64,000 nucleotides of DNA from Clostridia bacterium (GTDB taxonomy: Bacteria > Bacillota > Clostridia > JAAYHZ01), in NCBI GenBank assembly GCA_050950825.1, contig JBMNIH010000008.1:96001-160000 (forward strand). The letters run 5' to 3'. Below, piece by piece: positions 22,071-32,558 of this stretch. The translations under genes were made by a program, and so were the position numbers. A model generated the notes under the pieces. That model was not told the DNA's origin. It searched no databases and saw nothing but the letters and a program-made list of their open reading frames with translations. Numbering within the stretch: the first letter of the stretch is position 1; each line of letters starts with the position of its first letter.

Positions 22071-22451
22071 TCAGCGAATGACGATATCGGTATCATCCTC
22101 AGCGCTTCCTATGATATTAATAATTACACCTGCCGGTACGCAAACCGCCGTTTGACCGGGCCGACTGATTCTGCCCATCTTTTCACAAATACGGTCCGGG
22201 CAGTCGGACCGTTCAAAACGAATGGTTCTTTCTTCCGCTATAATGATGTTATTATATTTCCCTTTTAATTCAATAATAATCGGCTCGTCAACCTGATCAA
22301 GATCTATGGTCCGGATCACTTCCCCGTCTCGAATTATTTGAGCGACGGCATGTCCTGCTCCGGTACGGATTCGAAATGAGGCAAATATGGCCACAGAGAT
22401 ACAAATGATGACGGCAAATATTAAAATATCTCCCGGTTTAAGCTTCTTCAT
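22071..22451 (-). CDS. NusG domain II-containing membrane-anchored protein
   Basis: N-terminal TM, SDCPDRICEKMG.I..PGQTAVCVP. Confidence 0.88.
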   Translation of the reverse strand: MKKLKPGDILIFAVIICISVAIFASFRIRTGAGHAVAQIIRDGEVIRTIDLDQVDEPIIIELKGKYNNIIIAEERTIRFERSDCPDRICEKMGRISRPGQTAVCVPAGVIINIIGSAEDDTDIVIR

Positions 22452-22666
22452 TTCTCCTCCGTAAATTTTCCTTTAGCTGTCAAGTTCGTTCCTTACTGCA
22501 ATATATAACCTTTTCACCTATTATACAGTACAAACAACAATTTGCTATAGTAAAATCGTATTAATTTTGCTGATTATAACACACATATTGACCGGGTTCA
22601 ATAAATTGAAAAAAGCCGCTATTTACCGAATTACATGCCTTGATTGAAAAAGTAAAGTCCACTTTG

Positions 22667-24058
22667 GTTATAGTCTTAAGTAGTGGTGTAAATTTCGTGG
22701 AGTATGCTTGACAAGAGTAACCACCATATGATTTTTACTTTATTAGATTCAAACAAAAAAGATAAAGTAAAGGAGGTCATACCGTGGCTACTAAAAATAG
22801 AATGTCACTTTTAGAGCAACTTAGCAAGTATGTTGTTGAAAAAGATAAGGATTTTTTAAAGGAAGCGCTTACGCTGTTAATCAATGCTCTGATGGATGCG
22901 GAAGTTACGTCGATGATCGGTGCGGAAAAGTATGAACGAAGTGAGAATCGGAACAATCATCGTAATGGATACCGACAAAGAGAATGGGATACTCGCCTTG
23001 GTACGTTACAGTTAAGCATACCCAAATTGAGGCATGGAAGCTATTTCCCAAGTTTATTAGAGCCTCGGAAGATGTCAGAAAAAGCTTTATTAAATGTGGT
23101 GCAGGAAGCTTATGTGCACGGTGTCAGCACTAGAAAAGTAGATGAGTTGGTAGAATCTCTCGGAATTAAAGGGATGGATAAAAGCGAAGTTTCCGGGATC
23201 AGCAAGCAATTGGATGGCTTTGTCACCGAGTTCAAGAACCGCATACTCGAAGGAGAATACCCTTATCTTTGGCTTGATGCTACTTTTCCTAAGGTTCGTG
23301 AAGGTGGAAGAGTATGCAGTATGGCACTTGTAATAGCCGTAGGTGTAAATCAGTCCGGTGAACGAGAGATACTAGGTTTTGATGTCGGCATGAGTGAAGA
23401 CGGAGCTTTTTGGGAAGAGTTTCTGAGAAAGCTTGTAGCAAGGGGACTTAAAGGGGTGAAGTTAGTTGTAAGTGATGCCCATGAGGGGTTAAAATCCGCC
23501 ATAAAGAAGGTTTTAACCGGGAGCACATGGCAAAGATGCCGAGTACATTTTATGCGGAACGTATTAAGCCAAGTGCCGAAGAAGTGCCAAGGAATGGTCT
23601 CCTCAATCATACGCACCATTTTTGCACAAAATGATCAGGAATCCGCAAGGGAACAGCTAAGACATGTGGTAGATGAACTGAGGGGGCGTTTTCCGAAAGC
23701 AATGGAAATCCTTGAAGCAGCCGAAGAGGATATATTGGCGTATATGGCCTTTCCCCGTGAGCATTGGATACAGATTCATTCTACGAATCCATTGGAACGG
23801 CTTAATCGTGAGATACGCCGTCGGACTGATGTTGTATGCATATTTCCTAATCGTGATGCCGTTATTCGCCTTGTAGGTACTATGCTTATGGAGCAGAACG
23901 ATGAATGGCAGGTAGGGCGGCGATACTTCAGTTTAGAATCTATGGAAAAGCTTACACAGGCTAATGGGTTTTCATTAGCTCCGATTGCTATCTTACATAA
24001 ATGAAACGAAGGGAAGATAAAGTAGAAATCATTTTACACCACTTGACAAGACACTATC
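22667..24058 (+). mobile_element. IS256-family insertion sequence
   Basis: Imperfect IRs sharing AGTGGTGTAAA; 8-bp target duplication CCACTTTG (22659-22666, 24059-24066). Confidence 0.92.
22784..24004 (+). CDS. IS256-family transposase
   Basis: RNGYR, WLDA, VSDAHEGL, WQRCRVHFMRN, STNPLERLNREIRRRT; SD AAGGAGG + GTG. Confidence 0.97.
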   Translation: MATKNRMSLLEQLSKYVVEKDKDFLKEALTLLINALMDAEVTSMIGAEKYERSENRNNHRNGYRQREWDTRLGTLQLSIPKLRHGSYFPSLLEPRKMSEKALLNVVQEAYVHGVSTRKVDELVESLGIKGMDKSEVSGISKQLDGFVTEFKNRILEGEYPYLWLDATFPKVREGGRVCSMALVIAVGVNQSGEREILGFDVGMSEDGAFWEEFLRKLVARGLKGVKLVVSDAHEGLKSAIKKVLTGSTWQRCRVHFMRNVLSQVPKKCQGMVSSIIRTIFAQNDQESAREQLRHVVDELRGRFPKAMEILEAAEEDILAYMAFPREHWIQIHSTNPLERLNREIRRRTDVVCIFPNRDAVIRLVGTMLMEQNDEWQVGRRYFSLESMEKLTQANGFSLAPIAILHK

Positions 24059-24317
24059 CCACTTTGCAAGGTTAAATTCCATCCATCCTAAAAAATTATT
24101 GCATAAGGTGGGATAAAATTATTCTAACAAGGAAGAATTGTTACTATGGAAGGATTTTTTCTGCAAAAAGCAAGTGAATGCTTCATTTATTACCTGTTTT
24201 TTTGCATAGCAAACAAACCGTGTTGATTTCTTCACTTTTTTGCAAAGGTAAAATCCACTACGGTTAAAAGGTAATAATTGGCAGAACGATGCCTTTCGGA
24301 TAATTATTAATACTTTA

Positions 24318-25936
24318 CTCAAACTTCGCAGTAAATTAATATAATAAATTCCTAGATAATTTAATATAAGCTTTTTAAGTAATATATGTAACTAAGCGAC
24401 TTTTGACTTGGGTAATCTTAGTTTTAAATATTCAGGAAGTCTAGAAATGAAAATTCTAAGAAACCCATTTACTCGCTTATCATCAATCATGAAATACTCC
24501 ATTAAGCATTCTGACAGTATTTCGAGAATCAGTTGTATTACTTCATCGAACTTTATGTCTTGCAATTCATCGTAGCATAAATAAAACAACTCACCTATAG
24601 TTCGATTATCCATATTGTTCCGATTTTCTATTGCCAGCATGATATACCTACTGAGGACTACTGCGGTATGAGCCGTCATCATATCATATGACAAGCCTTG
24701 AAACTCTCTACCTAAATTGAGATATGTCTTGCACATTTTATAGAAAACTTCTATATCCCAACGTTTGCCATACGTTTGAATTATTTGCTCTTCCGAAAGC
24801 GCCAAATCGGTTGAAATGATGGCTATCCATTTCTTCCTGTTATTCCGATCCCGTACGAATACAATGCGAGCATCCATAGTCTCTTCTTCTTTGTTGTGAA
24901 TGGATACGACAACCGACAAAAGGTATTTGGAACGACCACGTCTCTTTTTTTGAGAATTATAGATTTCCTTAAGGGTCATTTTCTTTCCGTTAAAGGAATA
25001 CTTGATATTAGGAGTATCTTTAAGCCGCCCGATGCTGTGAAGCTTCAACTTCGCAATGTCCATGAGTATTGCAGGATAGGAAAACCAACTGTCGAACAGC
25101 ACGTGCTTTGCAGGTATGTGTTGCTCGACTGCTTGCCGAAGCATCGCTATCATTAAATCAGGGGCTTTCTGCATGGCTTGCATTCTTCGTTTGTATCCAT
25201 TGGTGTTTTTATGGATATCATCTCTCATTTTACACAAATGTTTTTCAACTTTGCCGGATGTGAGCAAACAAAAATTAAACGGAATAAGTGTGTTGCCATC
25301 TGACCATGCAAGAGTAAGCAACCTGAATCCTTTTTTACACTTGTTGTCGGTATGATCTCTGACAAACGAAAGCATCTCTACACATTTGCTTCGTAAACGG
25401 CCGTAGAAGGTATCATCTACAACAATGACATTAATACGGTCATCCGATGTCAAATCCTTTATATGGCTGTTTATAACCGTGGATGCCAATGTCATAACAA
25501 ATGTCTGCCAGTTAATATATATAGAGTTTAGGAAACGATATACAGTATCTTTTTTAAAATCGACATTTTTGTCTCTGTTGCTGTCTTTATTTTTTATCAG
25601 GTTCATATACATACTTCTGTTTGTGAAAACCAATTGAAACAAATAGAGAAAAATTTGAATTACCGGTACACCTCTTTTTTTATAAGCATTGGCATGTTGC
25701 AGAGCTTGATAAATTTTAAACTTTCTAAAAAAAAGATTGATTCTATCGTTAAACTGCTTTTCTTCGATATAATTTTCCGGTATACTATTCATGGCAAGGA
25801 GCTCCTTCGTTGTGATATTTTGTTTGTTATGTTAATTAATATTATACCACAACCCAGGTCTCCTTGCTATACTTTTTTGCACTAAACTATTGAATTATCT
25901 AGGTTCGAACTCACTTTTTCAAGTGCGAAGTTTGAG
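24318..25936 (-). mobile_element. IS4-superfamily (ISH3/IS701-like) insertion sequence
   Basis: IRs CTCAAACTTCGCA / TGCGAAGTTTGAG; 7-bp target duplication TACTTTA (24311-24317, 25937-25943); AT-richer than the host. Confidence 0.88.
24392..25792 (-). CDS. IS4-superfamily DDE transposase
   Basis: VVDDT, LFDSWFS, and YGKRWDIEVFYK (YREK-type motif). Confidence 0.93.
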   Translation of the reverse strand: MNSIPENYIEEKQFNDRINLFFRKFKIYQALQHANAYKKRGVPVIQIFLYLFQLVFTNRSMYMNLIKNKDSNRDKNVDFKKDTVYRFLNSIYINWQTFVMTLASTVINSHIKDLTSDDRINVIVVDDTFYGRLRSKCVEMLSFVRDHTDNKCKKGFRLLTLAWSDGNTLIPFNFCLLTSGKVEKHLCKMRDDIHKNTNGYKRRMQAMQKAPDLMIAMLRQAVEQHIPAKHVLFDSWFSYPAILMDIAKLKLHSIGRLKDTPNIKYSFNGKKMTLKEIYNSQKKRRGRSKYLLSVVVSIHNKEEETMDARIVFVRDRNNRKKWIAIISTDLALSEEQIIQTYGKRWDIEVFYKMCKTYLNLGREFQGLSYDMMTAHTAVVLSRYIMLAIENRNNMDNRTIGELFYLCYDELQDIKFDEVIQLILEILSECLMEYFMIDDKRVNGFLRIFISRLPEYLKLRLPKSKVA

Positions 25937-27233
25937 TACTTTAATAAATCGGGATTCAAACAAATATTATTCGGTTCAATGAGTTTGGATCCCAATTTTT
26001 TTATTACTTCTTCACCAAACATAAATTTAAACACTTCATGAGGAGTTCTATCATTTAAAGATAATCCGGAGTAAGAATTTATGTGGTTCATTACAAGATT
26101 AATATCTTCCTGCACGAGATTATCGAAGCTTGTTCCTTTCGGTAAGATCTTCCTCAGTTCCCCGTGATTTTTTTCTTGTGATGCCCTTTGATAAGCTGAA
26201 TACGAATCGCAATAAAAGACCTTAGTTCTAACTTCTCCGGTTACTCGGTAGTATTCAATCGCTTTCGGGTTCGTAAATTCACTGCCCTTGTCAGCCAAAA
26301 GTATGGGAAACAGTTTTCGAAACGTGTCAAGACCCAAAAGCTCTGTCAGTTTGTCGAAAACATCGATTACCGATTGCGAATCGTTCGAGTCTCGTAAAAA
26401 TGCAAGCATAAATTCGGTTTTAACAAAATGCAACGTCATCAGCACTTTACCGCCTTTTGTACCAAGCACCGAATCCATTTCCACGACGAAAGGAGCATTA
26501 ACATCTGCCATCACTTTTTTGTAATCATCATACGTGCGTCCCTATTCGGCATTCGCGATCCACTTTATGAGTTACGCCCGGTTTTTTGCGAGATCGATAT
26601 CTTACTTTTCTGGGCATATCAATATTACGAGCCGTGAAGAGGCCGTAGTCAACGTAATTGTATAACGTCCTTTCGCTGTACATAATTTTATCGGCATTGT
26701 TTACGCAAATATGATGAATGGACTGGCCTTTTTTCAGAAGAGGTGATATCACGGTATCCAATTGTTGCAACGATTTTTCATCGATTGCCACACCGGAACG
26801 TGATTCCGAACGTGTATATTCATATTCTTTGTCTGCAACTTTAGCGTCGTATATCATTTTTTGCAATGAGCACTTGCGTTTTGTCGAGCATCCGTTACAT
26901 ACGTAAGGCGGTTTTTCGAGAGCATCACACTTCTGTTCTACGAAAGCATCACAGAAGTCATTGCACAGTCTGCATATGCTACAGATCCCTTTTTCGCAAA
27001 CTCCGCTTTTTTTACATAGCGAACGTTTATGACAACCGATCCTGTACTTACATGCATTGTACGATTGGCCCGAAAGCACCTGTCTTTCGTTCTACCCGAT
27101 GTCGACGAACTTCTTTGGATATTGTCGTGCAATCTTTACCGAGTATTTTACCGATTTCCTTAAAAGATTTTCCCTCCTTCAATAAGTTTTCGATATCTTT
27201 CCTGTCTGATAACGTCAAATGAGTTGACATCAT
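25882..27233 (-). pseudogene. IS30-family transposase with Cys-rich insertion, two frameshifts
   Basis: Three fragments: HTH HLTLSDRKDIE..TTISKEVRR (27048-27233), Cys-rich PPYVCNGC block (26528-27079), DDE core VEMDSV / LADKGSEF / QEKNH (25882-26514). Confidence 0.88.
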
Positions 27234-27780
27234 TATGGTTCTCCTTTCAAAATCATTTTGAAAGACATCGTTCTTTTTTAATGATTGCACTGATATCGGT
27301 AAGTAATACATGTTTTGTTAGTTTTTAGTTTTAGATCATGACAAAAGTCCATCCGGTTAAAAAGACAAGCAATGGCCTTTTGCGGCATAAACGGCCTACT
27401 TCCCGGCAAAGCCGGGTCCCTTCCATTTATTCCACAGTGCCATGCTTTTCTTTTTTCGCCATGCTTTTGAACATATACCGAGGGATGAAGAGGAGATGCA
27501 AGCGACCAATTTCTCAACGTCCCCCTCGTCTTTTATATCGTAGCATGGCGAACACCGTATTACTTTTATATTTGTTTAGGTAATGATAGTCTCAGGAATC
27601 AGCTAAAAATGCATGCTTTCTTTACTAGTAATTTTTTGTATTTGCGTTTGCATTAGTAAAGTCCACAATATTTTTATTAATATTTTTGCAAAAGTAAAAT
27701 CAACTGCAGCTTTCGAAGGGTGGACTTTACTTTTTCGATTAAAGACCGAATTACATGCCTTGAATTTTGAAAAAAGGGTG

Positions 27781-27810
27781 TTGACAAAAAGGATAGCCTG
27801 CTTGTATAAT
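27781..27810 (+). promoter_or_regulatory. sigmaA promoter of tRNA pair
   Basis: TTGACA-18 nt-TATAAT, ~17 nt upstream of tRNA-Gly. Confidence 0.75.
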
Positions 27811-27827
27811 GTAAAAGTCCGAAAAAC

Positions 27828-27901
27828 GCGGGTGTAGTTCAATGGTAGAACATCAGCCTTCCAAGCTGATTGCGAGGGTTCGATTCCCTTCACCCGCTCC
27901 A
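27828..27901 (+). tRNA. tRNA-Gly (TCC)
   Basis: Acceptor GCGGGTG/CACCCGC, anticodon arm TCAGC-CTTCCAA-GCTGA, GTTCGA T-loop, CCA end. Confidence 0.97.
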
Positions 27902-27914
27902 TAATCAACCACAT

Positions 27915-27991
<77 letters not shown>

Positions 27992-28000
27992 CAGATTGTC

Positions 28001-28029
28001 CGAAAACCTGCTAAAATAGCAGGTTTTCG
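28001..28029 (+). terminator. Hairpin downstream of the tRNAs
   Basis: CGAAAACCTGCTA-AAA-TAGCAGGTTTTCG. Confidence 0.7.
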
Positions 28030-28166
28030 ATGTTTTATCGGTTTGTATGATCACTTTTTCAACGAACTTGAAGAAAACGGTGAAGAAAAACCGTTGTAAT
28101 AAAACGGAAATATCAAGAATTCGATATATTAAACGTGATAAAGAAGATAAATAATATAGAAACGAC

Positions 28167-28566
28167 TTACATAGCTGCTATTAATCTTTGAACTCCCACC
28201 ATATTAATCGCTCTACGCATGTTATAGGCAAGAAAACACAACCCAAGTTCTGCCGTGATTTTTTCTTTTCCATGACATAAGACATAGTGGCTTAAATTAT
28301 GCCATTTTATTGTACCAAATTGATGCTCCGAATGGCACATTCGCTTTTTTCTCATTTCATCCGTATACTTCATTCAGATAAGGACTTTTTTGTGACTTGT
28401 CTTCTTAAAGTTGTTCGGGAGCTTTTCGCCTTCCGGCATGAGTTGCAATGGACGCTCCTTGCATGAATTCATTCTTATGGGAGCATACTTTGCTTTTGGT
28501 CCAAACGCGGCAACCATGAACCCGGATTACGTACACTTGTTGGTACAAAATCGACAAGCCGCCTTA
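28167..28566 (-). pseudogene. IS1182-family transposase C-terminal remnant
   Basis: KRMCHSEHQFGTIK..LAYNMRRAI and upstream KAACRFCTNKC fragment; broken frames. Confidence 0.7.
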
Positions 28567-29407
28567 CTCGCTTCATAAGGTGGTTGGAGAAAATCAATAA
28601 TTAATTTAACAACATCGGTAAAGTCAAGTTTATATTGCAGTATTTTTTTACAAAAATTGCCCCATCTTCTTATAATAATAGACTCATCAGCTAACCTTAA
28701 AATAATAGTGACAGAATCTTTTTCATAAGGTGTGCCCCGGTTAGTAAGGGTTTCATAAATAGCTTCCTGTAATTTACGTCCATCGAAATTAAAGGTTGTT
28801 GCCATATAATATATATCAAAGAAGTCTTTCATCCTGCTTGTAGCTTCCATTAGTGATATGATAGCATCTAATTTTTCTGCCACTGTGGATTCCAATGAAT
28901 AAGTCAGAATCTTAGGTTCCTCAAATTCTGGAAGTAATACCGGTAAAGTTCGTTCAACTGGCGAAGGTACTACAACATCACCAACTCCCAAGTCTATACT
29001 AAAAGGGATCTTAACCCTTCCAATAGACCCCATGAGGTAAATTCTAATACCATGGTATTTCTTTATCTCTCTGATAGTTTCTATCCTTCTAATCTCAAAC
29101 TGTATAAAATTATTTTTGCCAGTTGAGGAAATAATATTTTTTTAACAAGCTTTTCTACTGCATCCATATCGTTAGGATAATTTCTTAAAAGATAATCTGC
29201 ATCAACTGTTGGTCTTGCGGCAAATCCACTGATTGAATATAATAAAAAGCCGCCTTTAAGAATAACTTTTTCTTTGTAATCACTTTCTGAAAGTCTTCGA
29301 ATAAATTCCTCCTGGCAAAATAGATTTAGGAGCTGTTGTAATGGAATACCTTGTTCTTTTGATTTGTTTTTAAGTCTCGCTATGACTGAAGCTTCAATAT
29401 TTCCCAT
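28567..29407 (-). pseudogene. AbiEii nucleotidyltransferase toxin, frameshifted and C-terminally truncated
   Basis: ASVIARLKN, ILKGGFLL..RPTVDAD, then in another frame IDLGVGD, YSLESTVAEKL, SRMKDFFD; frame break at or near the A7 run 29137-29143. Confidence 0.85.
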
Positions 29408-30003
29408 TATAACCACATCCCTATACGAGTTTGCACTTTATTCTTAATATTAAATATTTCTGCATACTCAAACAGCTTTCTTATGTTTTTCTTCGAATCC
29501 TCTATATAACGGCCAATAGCATTATAAAATACTTCTTTCTCCAGTTTTTTCTCATAACGGAGGACATCGCAAATTGTGCGATCTCTGTTGTATATCTTTA
29601 TTTCAATGCCATCTATCTCTATTATATCTACACCAATGTCTAAAAACTTTGGTTCAAGATAGTAAGGTTCTATTAGAGGATAATCAATTCTATACTGAGT
29701 TGTTTTACTATATCTATCCACAGCAATTTGCCATGCCGGCGGTATGCGGTCTGTGTAGTCATAATGGAATAAGGCACTTTCAAGAAATATAACTGCTCGC
29801 GGAAATAAACGTGCAATAATTACCTCTTTACGAATAACATAATCTGTAAGTTCATAAAAACCGCGTTTAGCCTTTGTAATAATCCCTTCATTTAGAAGTC
29901 TTTTTATCTGGCGACTCGAAAGTCCTAAATCTTTAAGCTCTACAGTTTTTAAGATTCCCCCGCATCTTTGAAATTCCTTCTTCAAAATATCAATTTGTAT
30001 CAT
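29407..30003 (-). CDS. AbiEi antitoxin (type IV toxin-antitoxin)
   Basis: N-terminal wHTH (GILKTVELKDLGLS..KRGFY), LESALFHY, IYNRDRTICDVLRY; coupled to abiEii. Confidence 0.88.
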   Translation of the reverse strand: MIQIDILKKEFQRCGGILKTVELKDLGLSSRQIKRLLNEGIITKAKRGFYELTDYVIRKEVIIARLFPRAVIFLESALFHYDYTDRIPPAWQIAVDRYSKTTQYRIDYPLIEPYYLEPKFLDIGVDIIEIDGIEIKIYNRDRTICDVLRYEKKLEKEVFYNAIGRYIEDSKKNIRKLFEYAEIFNIKNKVQTRIGMWL

Positions 30004-30317
30004 TTTGCACCTCTCGGCCTGCATTTGTTTTTCGATGCAGTCTTTTAAGTGCATTATACCATATTATTACTATTAAATAATGATCTGCTTTTTATGCGGG
30101 TTTAATCAAATAAGTAATATAAGTTATAAAGATATATAAGCAAATATCTACCAATTACATTTCCGGAAATCGTGTAGAAACCTCTGTTATAAAAATTATT
30201 AGAAACGGCTTCTATGTCTATACTAACAAATTATATTTAGGTGATCCGTTGGTTTTACAATAAATGAAATAATGTGAAATACAGTAGCATCAAGGGTTCT
30301 GATGTGCAGAACCTCCT

Positions 30318-30364
30318 AACGGACTTCTAATCCCTAGGTCGGGGATTCGAATTCCTTCAGGCAC
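30318..30364 (+). repeat. Degenerate copy of tRNA-Arg 3' part (att site of an integrated island)
   Basis: AACGGACTTCTAATCCCTAGGTCGGGGATTCGAATTCCTTCAGGCAC versus 27941-27987, 4 mismatches in 47 nt. Confidence 0.9.
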
Positions 30365-30527
30365 AACATTTCGAAAGTCCTTGCAGTGCAAATATTTTTG
30401 ACGTTTTAAAGTAAAAAACAGGATGCAATAATATTCGATTCTTTGCCCGATTTACAACAACATCCTAAGTAATTTCGCCTTACATAATAACAGCGGATTA
30501 TATACAAAAAAAATCCGCTGCTATTGT

Positions 30528-30864
30528 CTATTCCATATTTTGTTGAAAAACTAATATTGACTGGCCGTTTTTCGGTTGACGGTAAACTTGACCTTTTTCT
30601 CGCCCTCTTACGTATATAAAGTCGATGGTATCCACTTTATCCTTGGCGACCAAGTAGCCGCCTTTTCCTCCCATGTCTTCACCGATATAGTAGAGCAGGG
30701 CTTCTTGGGTACATTCCTTCAAGCATGCCGCACAAACCCCAGCAGTCTTTAGGATACATCATTTCCACTTTGCCGTTCACCCCTAATTCCAGCAAATTGC
30801 CGGGGCATATATCCACGCATTTTCCGCAGCCGATACATTTATCCTGTAATATCTTTATGCTCAT
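30528..30864 (-). pseudogene. aprB: Adenylylsulfate reductase beta subunit-like ferredoxin, frameshifted
   Basis: CIGCGKCVDICPG and DCWG.. split from KECTQEAL..IGEDMGGKGG in another frame; directly after aprA. Confidence 0.7.
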
Positions 30865-32538
30865 AGATTTCATCCCTTCCTACCAATTCTCTGTATATGA
30901 TGTTAAACTTCCCGTCTTTATATACCGAATTCACGTATTTCAACCAATTTTGGTCGTCTTGATTCGGATAATCGGCGTTGTTCAGATAGCAGTACCATCG
31001 CGATTCTTTTCGAGCCAGTATATGCGCAATCAAGGCCCTGCATACCAACAAAGCGGTCTTTCACCTCGTGAATAAACAACAAATCGTGCATCGTGGAGGC
31101 TTTTAACGTTTCCACCAACTCCGACAACCTTACGATTTCTTTTTCCCGCCTCCAACAGCTTATTTTGGTAGATAATATAGTTTTCGGATATCCCTCCCGC
31201 CTTTTTGTCCATGACATCCTGCATCATCAATTCCAAATCTTCAATGGTCAAATCGGTTTCGGGATTATCGAAGTACCGTTCCAATCCTTCTTTCGTTTTG
31301 ATTATCTCATCCATATCCGGTTCCGGATCGGGTACGCCTCTTGATATATTCCAAAGCGGATACGGAAGCTATTAATCCTTCCGCAAAACAACCCGGTACG
31401 TATTTTTTCGGGCTTCCTCCCACCACGTCTCCTGCGGCATACAGCCCTTTTAGCGTGGTTCCGCGGCCGGTATCTACCCAATAGCCGCTTGCGGCGTGGC
31501 CGCCGACGATATACGGTTCCGTTCCTTCGATTTCCCACGTTTTCCTTCGACGGACCGGTATCGTTTTCCAACCATTTCAACGGCTGGGCTATGGACATGT
31601 TAAAATATGCTTTAAACAAGTCCTGCTCTTGATCCTCGGAAATACCCTTCGTTTCCAAATAGCACGGTCCTTTGCCTTTTAAATTTTCCTGAATGGTGGC
31701 AAACAATCTTCCCGGAGTGGAGCTTTTGTATTTTTCAGCGTATTCTTCCCCCGTCTTATTTACCTGCCTTACATTCAACCCCTCCGGCGATGGTGCCGGT
31801 AGGAGAAATGGTGTCCTTGCATCGAAGTGCAATAAAGCGCATTTCGAAGGTCGTCATTTCGGCACCGGCTCGAATCCCCATGGCATATCCGGCTCCGGTA
31901 TTAAAGGGGCAGTACCAGATCTTATGTCTTGAAAAGCTCCAATGCTTCGGCAGGTACAATCCCGCTGCGCCGCCGGTAGCGCATATGACGGCTTTCGCAT
32001 AAATGACCACAAACACTCTCAGGTTAACCATAAAACCGTAAGCGCCGATCACTCTTCCGTCCCGTATAATATAGTCAATCATATTGACTTTATTCATTAC
32101 GATTACATTTTCCGCTCTTCGAACGGAACGGGCCAATATGGGCTTTATGTTTTCACCGTTGATACGAATGCCCCTTCGTCCTCGGGGAATGTAATTGCCG
32201 TTCTCATCCTTTAAAATGGGCAATCCCATGGACTCGATTTTACGGGTAACCTCTTCGATCTTCTCCGCCATGGTAATCAGCAAGTCTTCACGGACGATGC
32301 CTTGGGAATCCTTTTTGACATAGTCCACGTAGGAATCCGGCGTATCTCCTTTATTTATATACCCGTTCAAAGCGTTGATTCCGCCGGCGAGGCAGCCGCT
32401 TCTTCGGATATTCGCTTTATCTACCAATATCACCTTACAATCGGATTTTTCATGTAAAGTCAAAGCGCTGTAGCATCCGGCGGCTCCGGCGCCGATGATC
32501 AAGATATCCGTATTGTATATTTGTACTCCTAAATTCAT
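30839..32538 (-). pseudogene. aprA: Adenylylsulfate reductase alpha subunit (flavoprotein), multiple frameshifts
   Basis: IIGAGAAG, KANIRRSGCLAGGINALN, ATGGAAGLY, WYCPFNTGAGYAMGIRAGAEMTTFEMRF, RKESRW..DYP; spread over at least 5 frame segments. Confidence 0.82.
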
Positions 32539-32558
32539 ACCGTTTATTCTCCAAGCTG

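Larger units (their letters stand above)
22638..27744 (-). mobile_element. IS30-family-like element (decayed) hosting two nested IS
   Basis: 25-bp imperfect TIRs CCTTGATTGAAAAAGTAAAGTCCAC (22638-22662) and reverse complement CTTTAATCGAAAAAGTAAAGTCCAC (27720-27744); flanking direct repeat ACCGAATTACATG (22625-22637, 27745-27757); contains an IS30-type transposase pseudogene. Confidence 0.8.

Noticed and set aside
30318-30368. Third tRNA gene
   Set aside because: Lacks the 5' acceptor strand, D-arm and CCA; it is an att-site duplication.
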